From: Trypethelium eluteriae
Taxonomy: Eukaryota
Direction of reading: 5' to 3'
NCBI GenBank assembly: GCA_051942245.1
Contig: JAVECL010000154.1
Coordinates: 1-41,947, forward strand
Length of the DNA: 41,947 nt
Shown: in pieces, positions 1 to 11,221 of the stretch
How positions within the stretch are numbered: the first letter of the stretch is position 1
How the letters are laid out: each line of letters starts with the position of its first letter
Notes under the pieces: model-generated
The model's input: the letters and a program-made list of their open reading frames with translations, nothing else
Database searches by the model: none
What the model was told of the DNA's origin: nothing
Translations under genes and position numbers: made by a program

Positions 1-1223
1 ACTCTCCCAGATGGCGTATCGTCCCCTCACTCACGCCCTCCGCGCCATCCTCCTCCGCCCTCCCAATCACCCGCTCCGCACTCCCCGTCACCCTCCCAAT
101 CGCCTCCAGCACCCCATCCGCAATCTCCGGATGGCCCTCCCTCAACCGCGCCACCTTCGCCACCTCCGTCGCCGTACTCCGCACCTGCATCGTATTGACG
201 AGCAGCAGCGGCAGCGACGGAAACCGGCGCAACATGCGCACGCTGGGCGGCCGCGCGTAGTCCGTCCGCTGGAACACCGCCGCCTTCCCCTGCGTGCTCA
301 CCGTGTTGTCGATCCCCGACGGGTTGCCGTGGATGCAGCACTCGCCTACGAACGCCCACCGGTTGATCCGCTCCAGCTGGGTTGCTGATTCTGGTGCTGG
401 CTGGTCGGGGTGCGGCCCTGAGAGCGCGTGCGCTTGGAGGAGGAGTGCGGTGGCGAGGCAGACGGTGACAGAGGCGGAGGAGCCGAGCCCGGCGCCGGGT
501 GGGATGGCGCTGCGGAGGGAGTAGATGCAGGAGTGGGAGCGCGGCGAGCCGAGACTGAGGAAGAGGTATAGGAAGGCGGTTGCGGTGTGGGCGTGGATGC
601 GGCGTTCGTGGGGAGGATAGTCCGGGCTGACGGCGTCGGTGTGCGGTTTTAGTGAGGCGACGAGTTCGTGGTCGAGGGCGGTGACGAGGTCGTAGTAATT
701 GCGTTTTTTTGAGGGGTGCTGGAAGGTGGACCAGGGGAGGGCGTCGATGGACCAGGTGTGGCTGAGGGAGATGTCGGGGAAGAAGAGGGAGACGGTGCGG
801 GAGGATTTGGTGAGAGTGTGGACGTGGAGGTAGGAGCGGAGGGAGATGGCAGCGGCCATGGCGGGCTGTTGAAATGCATGAGATGGTTAGGTGCTATTCG
901 GGTATATGAAAGGGCTAGCAACTGTTCCAAGGCATTCCTTGGGGTGAGTAGTCTCGTACCTTGCCGTGAACGACAGCATGTTCGCCGTACACTATAACCT
1001 TGCCTGGTGCTGATACCATGAAAGGGGGAGCAAGGGGGATGGAAGATTTGCGAAAGTGGTTGCGCGATGTACGACCATTTTGATCTGGAGAACTCCTTCT
1101 GCCTACACTTTCCTCGCTCGAACTATCGTCTGTTACGTGCGTTGTGGACATTGTCTTCTCCAGACCGGTCGTGGTCTTTGGGTAGTGCTCTGTTGGTTGC
1201 TTTTTCTGCATCGATCCATTCAT
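1..1223 (-). CDS. ERG12: Mevalonate kinase (GHMP family), 3' end runs off the window; exons ~1223-960 and 865-<1
   Basis: PFMVSAPGKVIVYGEHAVVHGK, then intron 959-866 (GTACGA...CTAAC...CAG), then PAMAAAISLRSY...PPGAGLGSSAS (GHMP ATP motif)...ECCIHGNPSGIDN. Start uncertain: ATG 1223 used, but the frame is open further upstream. Confidence 0.93.
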
Positions 1224-2391
1224 TTCGCGAGCTTTTTCGTCCAAAGTGCTGGGGACGTAAGGGCCATTGGTGATGCCTTTGGACTTGGTCGTTACCTGAG
1301 GTTGGAGAGGTGGAGTGTCTGCTGAATCATCCTTCGGAACCCGAAGTTGCAGTGGGATCTCGAGCAATGACGATTTGAGGCTGACGACTAGAATGTTTGG
1401 ATGATTGTCGCCGCCGCCGCTAGCCGTATTAGCGCCATTAGCGCTGCAGCCAACAGCTGTGCCTGGCCACCAAGAACCCGGCTGCCACGTTCCAGAAGAC
1501 CACCCTTGCAGCTCGAACATCTTCTCCTCTCCAATAGGTGTTCGTAAGAGGAAGACCATAATTTTCTGCTCAATGCTGTCCTGTCGGTGGTCAATGGTTT
1601 GCAGTAAATTGACGAAATTTTTGAAAAGTTGCCGAGCTCTCAGCTCGCCTTTGATTACAACCAAACAACGAAAGCAACAACAATACCAAGGATACAGCCA
1701 CGGCTAGGCACCCGATCTATCCGCAACACACAGCGAATATCTCCCGGCCTTTCTAGCTTGGGCACTCCATATTGTTTACCACTTGCGTGGATCCGGGACC
1801 ACAGCGACCACAGATTTTCTTATCAGTGATATGCACACTATGTCCCTATCCACCTTGACAGAGACACAAAAATGTTTTGAGCCATCGACGCCCGAGGTTT
1901 GAAGGTATTTGAGTTGGCCGAAATTTTTGCTGGCGGATTCTTGGTTATTATATGAGGAAATGGCGTTCTTGTATGCCATGGTCAACTTTTCCCTAGAATT
2001 CACGTTTTGTATTATCCTAAATCTTTGCTCCCTGTGTTTGCTACTGAAAAGTTGATATACGGAGTTACCTAATACTTTATTGAGGGGCCTAAGAGTTTCA
2101 GCTATATCAATACTTCAGCTGGATCTTAGTCCCACATGGATTTTGATATGCTCTAGTGCACAACTCCTTTGTGAGAGAATAGACTGTGATTTTTTCCTCG
2201 CCGTTACCTCGGTGGATGTGCAACTGTATGCGTGAAAAATAGTCCTGCGGAACATATTTTATGATAGAGTCGTCCAATGCTAAGCGCGCGCTTGCGCCGC
2301 TTCAGGTGTCGGCTCCAGGCATCAATACTGCTTTTCAGAAACGTAGCCCGACTCGAGGCTCGCAGTTCGAGTTCATACGCCAAACACTACC

Positions 2392-3968
2392 ATGGACTAT
2401 CTTCGAGTAAGTCAGGAATCATAGCAAGTCTAGCCATTTACCTCTAATTTTCATCTAGAGATTCGCATCATGGCTAGATCGGCCACTTTTCCCATGGAAG
2501 AGGCTTGTTATGAGCTTCTCTCTCGGCCACTTTGCCCTCGAGAATTACATTGCTTGGCGTCAATATCGGGTCCTTTGCCAGACAAAAGTTCCCAAAGCTT
2601 TAGAGTCTGAAATCGATCAGAAGACGTATGACAAGAGTCAGGTTCGTGATCGCAATAACCATAACCCAGTCGCAAGACTCACAACTTGTGCATTAGGCCT
2701 ATGGACGTGCGAAGGCCAAGTTCGGTCTCGTGTCAGGGATATGGGGTCAGACGAAAGAGATGGCGATCATATATTATAACCTGTATCCCAAGCTCTGGTC
2801 TCTCGCAGGCGTCGGTCTCACCTACATCCTTCCAGCTAGCTGGAGAGGCGAGATCACTCAATCGCTACTATTCATCTTCGCGTACTCCTTCGCCGAGACC
2901 ATCCTCTCGCTGCCGCTCTCGTATTACCACACTTTCGTCCTAGAAGAACACTACGGATTCAACAAGCAGACTCTTGGCCTCTGGATATCGGACATGCTCA
3001 AAGGGCAAGCACTGGGTATCGCTTTTGGTGTTCCTCTTGGCAGTGCCTTCCTCTGGATCATTCAGCGCACTGGTGACGTTTTCTTCGCCTACATCTGGCT
3101 GTTCATGCTTGCGGTCCAGATCGTTGGCGTCACCATCTACCCAGTCTTCATTGTGCCTTTGTTCAACAAGCTTACTCCACTCGAACCGGGACCGCTGCGC
3201 GAAAAGGTCGAGGCATTGGCCGAGAAACTCAAGTTCCCGCTTTCCGAATTGCAAGTCATCGATGGTAGCAAGCGTAGCGCCCATAGCAATGCCTACTTCA
3301 CCGGCCTTCCCTTCCTCAAGAAGAAAATTGTCCTTTACGACACGTTAATTGAGAAATCTGAGGATCGCGAAGTTGAGGCGGTTCTTGCGCATGAACTGGG
3401 TCACTGGAGCCTTGGTCACGTACCTCGTCTGCTCTTAATTAGCCAAGTCCAAACCTTTTATATCTTCCTTCTGTTCTCTGTCTTTATCCGAAACAAGAGC
3501 ATGTACACCGACTTTGGCTTCACCAAAGAGCAACCCATCATCATTGGCCTGATTCTCTTCAATGGCATTCTCAGTCCTACTGAGCCAGTCATTCAGCTCC
3601 TGATGCACATGCTCACGCGCAAATATGAGTATGAAGCTGGTACGTCTACGCCAATAGACCTCTCATAAACCATCCCCAGTCCCACCCACTTACTAACATG
3701 CATACCTGCAGATGCCTTCTCCAAGAGACTCAATTACTCTTACGACCTGGGCCGCTCTCTCATCAAACTCCAGGTTCAGAATCTCTCTACCATGGACGCC
3801 GACTGGATGTACTCGAGCTACCACTATTCACATCCGATCCTGACCGAGCGCCTGCGTGCGATTGGATGGGAACGGCAGAAAGACGGAGCTGAAGCAGACA
3901 AAAAGCAGACAGATGGAGATTTGGATGCATACACGAAAGCGGATCGAGCAAGTGGGAGGGAATTGTGA
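2392..3968 (+). CDS. STE24: CAAX prenyl protease (M48 zinc metalloprotease); exons 2392-2406, 2459-2641, 2697-3639, 3712-3968
   Basis: Spliced protein MDYLRRFASWLDRPLFPWK..., DGSKRSAHSNAYFTG, HELGH zinc motif, EYEADAF, YHYSHPILTERL, C-terminal REL. Three canonical GT-AG introns keep the frame. Confidence 0.96.
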
Positions 3969-4256
3969 GAGGGGCGCAGCGTCTCGGCACGGTGTTTCAA
4001 CATGGAGATAACAATTCTGGATATGGAAATGGAAACGGTTGTGGACATGGTGCCACGGTGTGATGGTATTATTATCGCTCCTAAATGCGTTCGACCGAAC
4101 TTTTGGGATATCATGAGCCTCTCCACAGCTAGAGGAGCCTTCGTCACTCCGTCAAACATGAATCATCTCCACCACAGCCTCCTTTTTAGAAAGACACTCG
4201 CACGTGTGCGACTCTTCGTGTCATCCAATAACCCATTCACCCCTTGAGTTCCCTGT

Positions 4257-5831
4257 CTACGGCTCCACCTGCACCTTCGCCTTCTCCCGCCTGGATTCCT
4301 TATCCCTTTCCTTCTTCGCCTTCTTCCTCGCCTCCTTATCCACCATCGTGTTCCCTCCACCATCCTTATCTCCTAGCGCCACCGGTTCTGCCGACTGCAC
4401 ATCCGCCATGCCATTCATCTGCGCTTCCGCGTACGCCTCGTCAGCCATGTTCTCGGTTTTCGACTTGTGCTTTTTCTTCTTCTTCTGCCGCGGATCGAGC
4501 AGTGGCGTCGCGTGGGCGGTGCCGTTGGTGCTTGCAGGGGAGAGGGTTCGGTCACCGTTGGGCTTGGAAGGAGGGACTGGGCTGTCACCGGATCGCGAAG
4601 GCATTGGAGAGAATTTTCGCAGTATGGATTGGCGCATGAGTTCGTTCATATCCATAGGGTTGGTGTAAGCCGCCTTCTTGTCCTTGTGGGATTTGGGTTT
4701 CTTCTCTGTAGCAGATGTCTTTGAGTCTTTTGGCTTGATTGAGGGTGCAAGGCCATTCGGCTGTGGTTTCTTTGGCGGTGGGATTTTAGGGGGAGGCATG
4801 GACGAGGCGGTGGTTGAGTTGGCGAATGGTGTTTCAGACTGCTTCTTTTTCTCTTTCTTGATCTTCTTGCCTTCTTTGGGTGTCTTAGCTGGGGAATCTT
4901 CCTTAGCCGTCTCATTGCTCTCATTTTGACTGTGGGATCCTGTCTTCAGGCCCTCGAAAGACCATTGTGTTGGATCCGTTTTGGATTTCTTTATTTTCCT
5001 CCCTTCCTCATCCGTACCTTTCGTTGCGAAATCTTGCCTCTCCACGCCCCCCTCATCCTGAAGACTATCTTCGTTCCTCTTCCGTTTCTTCTTGACTTTC
5101 TCCTTGCCGGCTTGCAGATCCTTGCGCACTTCTCTTTTTACATCATCTTCAGCGCCTGGCCCGGCATCCATATCAGTATCCTGAATTTCCGGCTCTGGCA
5201 TCGTCTGCTGTCTAAAGTTATGCCTCTGTCCAATATCGCCCTCTTCCGACCCGTCATCTTCCATCTCCCGCTGATAACTCTCCATTGTCTGCCACCCCTC
5301 CGTGTCATCTGGGTGTCCATGACTTTTGGGCTGCCCGTCAATTTGCGCTTGTGTTTGCCTCCTCGCCGAATTCAGTAGCGTTACCGAGTCCGCTTGCGTC
5401 TCCATCTCTTCCCGTTTTCTCTTGCCTTTCTTCCCCACAGCACCTTCCCCTCCAGTTTTCTTTCCAGCCCCATAACCACCCTGTGCGATAACCGTGTCGA
5501 GGTTCGCGTCATTAGAAGGCTTCTCCCCGGTGTCCTTCTCCCAGTCCTCCTCGAGGAGTTTGGGATCGACTTCTATGCGCTCCCCGTTCAATCCTTTTTG
5601 GACTCGTCGTAAATGGCTCAGGATCAGACCGCCTGAGCTTCCACCTTGACTGCTGCGGGTAATGCCTGAAGATGTGATTTGAGCGTCAGGATGAAGATAT
5701 GTATTTTCGCGGATATCTGCGAGAGCTAGATAATTGGCTATGCGAGTCTGAGCGTCGTCTAATGTGAGAGGTATGGAGCGGTGGAGGTGCGTGGGAGGAT
5801 AGATCTGAAGCCGTTCTTGTTCGTTGGACAT
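4257..5831 (-). CDS. RNA polymerase I subunit A14-like N-terminal domain plus long Lys/Glu-rich disordered tail
   Basis: Single ORF from ATG 5831 (track start 5843 is GTG). N-terminal LHPDA...LSHLRRVQKGLNGE resembles the A14 motif (yeast SQLKRIQRDFKG). Several basic NLS-like tracts. Confidence 0.6.
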   Translation of the reverse strand: MSNEQERLQIYPPTHLHRSIPLTLDDAQTRIANYLALADIRENTYLHPDAQITSSGITRSSQGGSSGGLILSHLRRVQKGLNGERIEVDPKLLEEDWEKDTGEKPSNDANLDTVIAQGGYGAGKKTGGEGAVGKKGKRKREEMETQADSVTLLNSARRQTQAQIDGQPKSHGHPDDTEGWQTMESYQREMEDDGSEEGDIGQRHNFRQQTMPEPEIQDTDMDAGPGAEDDVKREVRKDLQAGKEKVKKKRKRNEDSLQDEGGVERQDFATKGTDEEGRKIKKSKTDPTQWSFEGLKTGSHSQNESNETAKEDSPAKTPKEGKKIKKEKKKQSETPFANSTTASSMPPPKIPPPKKPQPNGLAPSIKPKDSKTSATEKKPKSHKDKKAAYTNPMDMNELMRQSILRKFSPMPSRSGDSPVPPSKPNGDRTLSPASTNGTAHATPLLDPRQKKKKKHKSKTENMADEAYAEAQMNGMADVQSAEPVALGDKDGGGNTMVDKEARKKAKKERDKESRREKAKVQVEP

Positions 5832-6091
5832 TACGAAGGACACATATAGTCACGATGGAAATCGAGACTACAAGCAGTCCAAGTATAAAGGCGTTGGAAT
5901 CATCTTCAGACGTGAAAGAGGGGAAGCGGGGCAAATTGGCGGAGGATTGCCCGAGAGGTTTGAGGTTATGAACAATTTAGAAGCTCGGACCTCATGGAGG
6001 TTTTTGTAGACTCCAAGCTCAGGCAATACTCCGTACGTACCCCAGATGGGTAGTCAACTACCTTACCTTACTCCATACCCACAAATCCATT

Positions 6092-6514
6092 ATGCTGTGC
6101 ACGCGTTGCCTACGCCGTGCTTCAAGACCCAGAATACATGTCGCTCACTTACATCGCGCGAGAGCAAGCAATTCATCAATGTACGTCACACTTCAAGATC
6201 TCGAAAGCTTTTATGCAAGACTCACCATATCTAGATCACTCCTCTCCCGACAATTCTCTCAAATCTCTCTTCGGCGACCTCAAACTGTCTCAAACTCCTC
6301 AGAGTTGACATTTCCTCGACCCTCGCTACTTTCGTCGTTGCTAATTCGCACGTTTTCAAGCACGCCGACTCTTAGTGGCCCACGAAATACTTTCAACCCC
6401 TCTCACTTTGTTCGCAAGAGACGGCATGGATTCTTGAGTCGACTAAGAACTAAGAATGGGAGGAAGATTTTGGAGAGGAGGAGGTTGAAGAGGAGGACTA
6501 CGCTGAGTCATTGA
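6092..6514 (+). CDS. MRPL34: Mitochondrial ribosomal protein bL34m with presequence; probable intron 6181-6234
   Basis: C-terminal RNTFNPSHFVRKRRHGFLSRLRTKNGRKILERRRLKRRTTLSH is the bL34 signature. The N-terminus is Arg/Ser-rich like a mitochondrial presequence. Confidence 0.93.
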   Translation: MLCTRCLRRASRPRIHVAHLHRARASNSSMYVTLQDLESFYARLTISRSLLSRQFSQISLRRPQTVSNSSELTFPRPSLLSSLLIRTFSSTPTLSGPRNTFNPSHFVRKRRHGFLSRLRTKNGRKILERRRLKRRTTLSH

Positions 6515-6916
6515 TCCATCAGTCTGCAATGAAACAGCTACCCCGAAACGGAGTATGATGACTGCGTTGTGGCAGCTTCTGGGGAAGGTCTGAATGCATA
6601 TATGGTTAGGCACCACCACGTAAAGATGGAAAGAAGGCTCTAGATTTCCGAAGTATGGGAAATTTTCCGGAAGCATAGGATGGCGTTCACGGAAATCTTC
6701 GAATTGTATGATAGTCAAGATAGTGGAGACAACAATAAGATGGTATGCATCTCATGCCGCAACAACGCACGCTATGAAATTGCAGATCGACTCCGCAAGC
6801 ATGAGCTTCCCAAATGACCCAAAATGCTCTATACATGCAATCACATTCTTTTGTGCCTTCCATAAAATCCAAGACCAGATATCAGAAACTCAATCCTCCC
6901 GGCCCATGTTCCCGAC

Positions 6917-9900
6917 CTACCGCGGCTGTAGCGGTTTCCACCCATGAAGCTGCTCATCCGCACCCGCACCCAGCAAATCCTCATCCGTCCGCCTCCTTGG
7001 CGGCAAAACAGGCGCCCCCTCCGCCTGCTCTCCGTGCCTCCTCAGCACCGGCGACGCAGTCTTCAGTTCACCTGGCGCCTGCCTCGACAACGCTGCCGCC
7101 ACCGCAGTCCCTCTTCTGGGAGCGGGAGGCGTCGGTGTGCTTTTCGCCGATGGTATGGACGACCGAGGCGGAGGTAGCGGCGCATCTGACACGGTCGAAG
7201 TCGCTGGCGAAGACGGCTCGGCGGTCGGGGAGCTGAGATTCTTTGGTTTCTTGGGGATGGGAGGCGCGGGCTTACGACTGGTTTGCTTGGAGAGGATGCT
7301 CGCGCGGTCGGAGGCTGTGGATGAGATTGAAGGGGAGCGGTCGAGGAGGTGCGGGATTGTGCCATTGTTCGGTGGCGGATTGATAGGAGGAGGTAATTTT
7401 CTTGATGGTAGGTTCCTGGGAGGTGGAGGAGGTTTAGCATCTGAGCTGCCGTCTACCTGCCATGAAGAGGTTCTTGAAAGTCCCCCTGGTGGCTTCTCGA
7501 CTTTGACCCAGTCAGGCTCTGAGGATGGGGCGAACGGGTTTGAGGGACGATTGGGATTGGGTATGTGATCCTGTGATGGAGGTTTGACAGTAGAGCGAGC
7601 TGGCATTCCATGCTCAATCCACCATTTTCGCCGATCCGAGCTTGCTGATGGAAGTCCTGGCTGTACAGATTCATACTCTATAAGATCTTCATCGTCGCTA
7701 TCTTCAAAGTCACCATTGACAAGCGCATCGCCCACGCTACTGCGACGTGCCGTATACAGCTCCTTGCTAATCATTTCCTTCTTTGCTTCATTAATGATAT
7801 TGACTGTGCAGTTGAAGGTCGCGTAAACCGGCCTATGGTCAGAGAAGCGCAGAGGTGCGGCATCATAGTTGATCTGTCGTAGGTTATTCCCTTTCCTCAG
7901 GATTCGGTCGGTCCATGCTGGTATACGCTGTTTTTCAGAAGTGTCGTATTGATCTACGCCGAGATCATATTTGTATGTTGGCTTGAACGTGATTCGAGCT
8001 TCAGAATAGTATGGGAAGGTTAGACCGGCGACCATTTGCAAATTGAGCTGATCATTCTGATAGAGAGTGTCGAGATCGCCAACTTGAATTAGTTTTCGCA
8101 CCTTTTCATCTCCCAATCCAATTCTGTAGTTGAAGTCGCCAAGCCAAACGATAGCATCGTGGTCATTGATTGTTCTATTGTGCTGAAATCGTAAGCCATC
8201 GTTGATAGTCTTGAAATCACGATTTCTTTCTTCGTAATTGGCAAAGCCCGCTGCCAAGTGTGCAGTGACAAAACAAATGGTTGTGTTAGCATAATCCATG
8301 CGAATAGCAACTGCTCCTTTATTGCCAGCTATGCCGGACATGCCGGTCTTCTTTAGACTGCCCTCCACGTTTTTGATGTATTTAAGTTGGCTTGCCTTGA
8401 CGAAGATGGACAGCGAGGCTCCAACAAGCTGACCACCTCGCAAGATAACGTACTCCTCCGTCCCACGTTTACGTGCATCGTCATTCAAAGTTCGTTTGAC
8501 TGCAGATTCCCATGCCTGTCGCCGTGATGGGTCTGTCGACATGATCTGCTGTGGACTCAGCTCAACGATTTCTTGGAAGCCCACTGCCACAATCTCCGGC
8601 TGTTCCTGCGTTGCATCAACTGGCGGACATAACCAGGGCGACAAGTCCTCAGAGACGCCTCGACCACGACCGTTCAAATTGAATGTTCCAACCCACATGT
8701 AAATGGATTTAGTAGACGAATATTCGGCTGCACGCTTGGTCAGCTCCGCATGGACATAGTCAGTCAATGGATCAAATAAAGAGACAGGCGCTTGACCCAT
8801 GAGGCGCCCCAAGAGCATGTCAATGGTATTTTGTCGGCCTTTGTCGGCAAAATTATTGATATAGACCCGTGTCGCACTCTTGCGCACGTCTGCAAGAGCA
8901 CCTGCCAAGGACATCTTTCCTGAGCGAGTAAACGATGATTTCAGCGCACCAGTGCCTGCGTAAATGCGAGATAAAGCATCCCCATTGTCCGCCCACAGTG
9001 TTCCATGCCTGTTCCAGAAGTCGTTTGACGCCCGCTCACCTCTATGAGCTAGGAATGTCTCGAGAGCCATCTGACTGAGGATCGTCTGGACCAAGTTAGT
9101 CCGGTCCAAACAATCCAAACAATTGACTCGAAAGACGCCTTCCTGCTGAAGGATGACGATGGGTCTGCGGACTGCCATATGCTCTGATTTTTCGTTTGTT
9201 CTGGGGGCTTCCTCGACCTCCTCAGAAAGATAGTAAGCGAAGGCATCTGCCGAGTCCTGAATGAAATACCGAATTCCACTAGCTGCTTCGTAACCGTAGG
9301 GACCTCTTGTCTCAGCATGAAAGTCGTAGTCTGTCTCTTTCAGCAATTGATGCTCTTCGGAGACCTTTTGCCCGGATCTCTGATTGACAGAACTGTGCTG
9401 AACATGGAATCGATATCTTTGCGTCAATTCCAACTCTCCAGGTTTGTCATTACTAAGTAGATTGACAATGTGTACGGCACCATAGTCTGATTCAAGTTCT
9501 TCGAAATGTCTGTCAAACGCCGGTTGAGTAGCCTCAGTGGACCTTGTGATTTGGATTTTCTGCTGATTTGGTAAAAGGCCAGAAGATTGCTCCCAAAACA
9601 ATGGAACACTGCCTCGCATCTGAACATAGGAGAAACATATGCCGTCCGGCGTGGCAAAGACTGTCTCTGTTTGGACGAAATTGGCCACATTTCCGTCATC
9701 ATCAATACCTCTGGCATTAAAGCGTGTTCCTGCTCTTCGGCATGATAGGCGTGAAATAAGGGTCAAAGTTGAAGGCAAGCCACTTCTTGCACTACGAGCA
9801 GGGGATGAGGATGGTGGGACAGTAATTGTCATTACGAAGCCACGGATAGCTGAAGTTAAAAGCTTCGAATCATCCAATGCGTTTTTCTCTCGTGAGGGCA

Positions 9901-10639
9901 GTCGACTACGAAAGTCCACCAAAGGCTTGATCATGTGTGAGTTCCAAAGGAATCCATCATCCAGGCTCTCAATGTCGACGGTCGCAGCATCCGCTGGTCT
10001 ATCTTGCAAGCGCTTCGTGAGGTCGAAATCTGCACTATAATAAAAAGTTCCACTGCTCAGCAATTTCTTCAAGGCCAGGCACGGATGTTCAAGCGGCGGT
10101 TCTCCAGGCCCACGTCCTGATCTGTGTTCGAAGCCATCTTCGCCGACATCATCCGTGGAATACGGATTGATCTCATCATGCAATACATGATCGTAGTCTG
10201 AGTTGTTCAGACAGTAGAATTCTACACCTCCAATCCGCAGAACGGTCTCCCGTTCTCGTACTTGGGCCACTTTCGAAGCGCTATTCACGACGCAAAGGAA
10301 AACATCGCTTCCGACGGTCATCAAACCAAGCGTCCCGTGCACTCCACTGGACCCGAAGCCAGTCAGTGGTCGAAAGTCTCTCAAGTCTGCCGCATCTCGT
10401 TCCAGAAACTCCACCATGCATCGTGGGGCAGCGCTAGGCGTCGATGAGCCCGTGGCGTGCACCGAGGCTGGTAAAGACTGAAATGAGGTCGTAGAAGCAT
10501 TTCGGCTTGGGTTCAGAGACGATGGAAAAGGATGATTATCGATTCCAGACGAGACATAGCGGAATATCAGAGCGTGTGCGGATGTTACTAGTGCAAGTGC
10601 GCGGTGTGGATGATCGCGCAAAAGCACGCGGATAGACAT
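6917..10639 (-). CDS. Synaptojanin-like polyphosphoinositide phosphatase (SAC1 domain + 5-phosphatase + Pro-rich tail), Inp52/Inp53/Syj1 type
   Basis: 1240-aa intronless ORF: RAGTRFNARG, RVNCLDCLDRTN (SAC1 CX5R), WLGDFNYRI, PAWTDRIL, FSDHRPV, proline-rich C-terminus. Confidence 0.96.
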   Translation of the reverse strand: MSIRVLLRDHPHRALALVTSAHALIFRYVSSGIDNHPFPSSLNPSRNASTTSFQSLPASVHATGSSTPSAAPRCMVEFLERDAADLRDFRPLTGFGSSGVHGTLGLMTVGSDVFLCVVNSASKVAQVRERETVLRIGGVEFYCLNNSDYDHVLHDEINPYSTDDVGEDGFEHRSGRGPGEPPLEHPCLALKKLLSSGTFYYSADFDLTKRLQDRPADAATVDIESLDDGFLWNSHMIKPLVDFRSRLPSREKNALDDSKLLTSAIRGFVMTITVPPSSSPARSARSGLPSTLTLISRLSCRRAGTRFNARGIDDDGNVANFVQTETVFATPDGICFSYVQMRGSVPLFWEQSSGLLPNQQKIQITRSTEATQPAFDRHFEELESDYGAVHIVNLLSNDKPGELELTQRYRFHVQHSSVNQRSGQKVSEEHQLLKETDYDFHAETRGPYGYEAASGIRYFIQDSADAFAYYLSEEVEEAPRTNEKSEHMAVRRPIVILQQEGVFRVNCLDCLDRTNLVQTILSQMALETFLAHRGERASNDFWNRHGTLWADNGDALSRIYAGTGALKSSFTRSGKMSLAGALADVRKSATRVYINNFADKGRQNTIDMLLGRLMGQAPVSLFDPLTDYVHAELTKRAAEYSSTKSIYMWVGTFNLNGRGRGVSEDLSPWLCPPVDATQEQPEIVAVGFQEIVELSPQQIMSTDPSRRQAWESAVKRTLNDDARKRGTEEYVILRGGQLVGASLSIFVKASQLKYIKNVEGSLKKTGMSGIAGNKGAVAIRMDYANTTICFVTAHLAAGFANYEERNRDFKTINDGLRFQHNRTINDHDAIVWLGDFNYRIGLGDEKVRKLIQVGDLDTLYQNDQLNLQMVAGLTFPYYSEARITFKPTYKYDLGVDQYDTSEKQRIPAWTDRILRKGNNLRQINYDAAPLRFSDHRPVYATFNCTVNIINEAKKEMISKELYTARRSSVGDALVNGDFEDSDDEDLIEYESVQPGLPSASSDRRKWWIEHGMPARSTVKPPSQDHIPNPNRPSNPFAPSSEPDWVKVEKPPGGLSRTSSWQVDGSSDAKPPPPPRNLPSRKLPPPINPPPNNGTIPHLLDRSPSISSTASDRASILSKQTSRKPAPPIPKKPKNLSSPTAEPSSPATSTVSDAPLPPPRSSIPSAKSTPTPPAPRRGTAVAAALSRQAPGELKTASPVLRRHGEQAEGAPVLPPRRRTDEDLLGAGADEQLHGWKPLQPR

Positions 10640-11221
10640 TTCGTTGGATTTTTTACAGGCATCGCATCCTCTTGCCTTCTTCTCAAATTAGTGACTAGGT
10701 CGAACTCGAGTATGTTGCTTTGATTGTGAGGGTAAAGGGATGTCGCGCAAAGCTGATGGCGTCGCATGTACGTGAGCCTGATTTAGCCCCATGACCCTTT
10801 GCAGAAATCGGTGGAGAACAGGGCATCTTCAAAAGTGCGCTTACAGATGGGTGCTTCTTATAGTAGCTAGACAAATTATCAAGCTACTCTCGTCTAGATA
10901 GAAAAGTGCTCTCAGGCACGAACTGCTCCGTAACGCAGTGGTGAGTACAGTGGGGTACGATATGGGAAGATGGCTTCTTCGTTCGAAACGATGCTTTAAC
11001 CGAGATTCATTTGAGGACTCAATCTATCAGTATTTAATTAAAGAAGACGCTTATACGCTAAGACCTTGACTTCAATCATACCCACATGATCGCATTGAAG
11101 ATGTCCTCCATTTAGAAAAGAGATTTGAAAAAGTGCAAAGAGAAAATTTCCTGATCTTTCTCGCATGTGGGTCAGAGCTTGAAGAGAAAATCACGCCGTT
11201 CACGTGTTTCCTTATTCAAGT

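Noticed and set aside
11..997. Track ORFs 11-388, 27-359, 294-524, 649-930, 716-997
   Set aside because: Shadow or alternate frames of the GC-rich mevalonate kinase exon 2.
2355..2380. GTTCGAGT B-box-like word suggesting a tRNA
   Set aside because: No cloverleaf or acceptor stem; it lies in the STE24 5' region.
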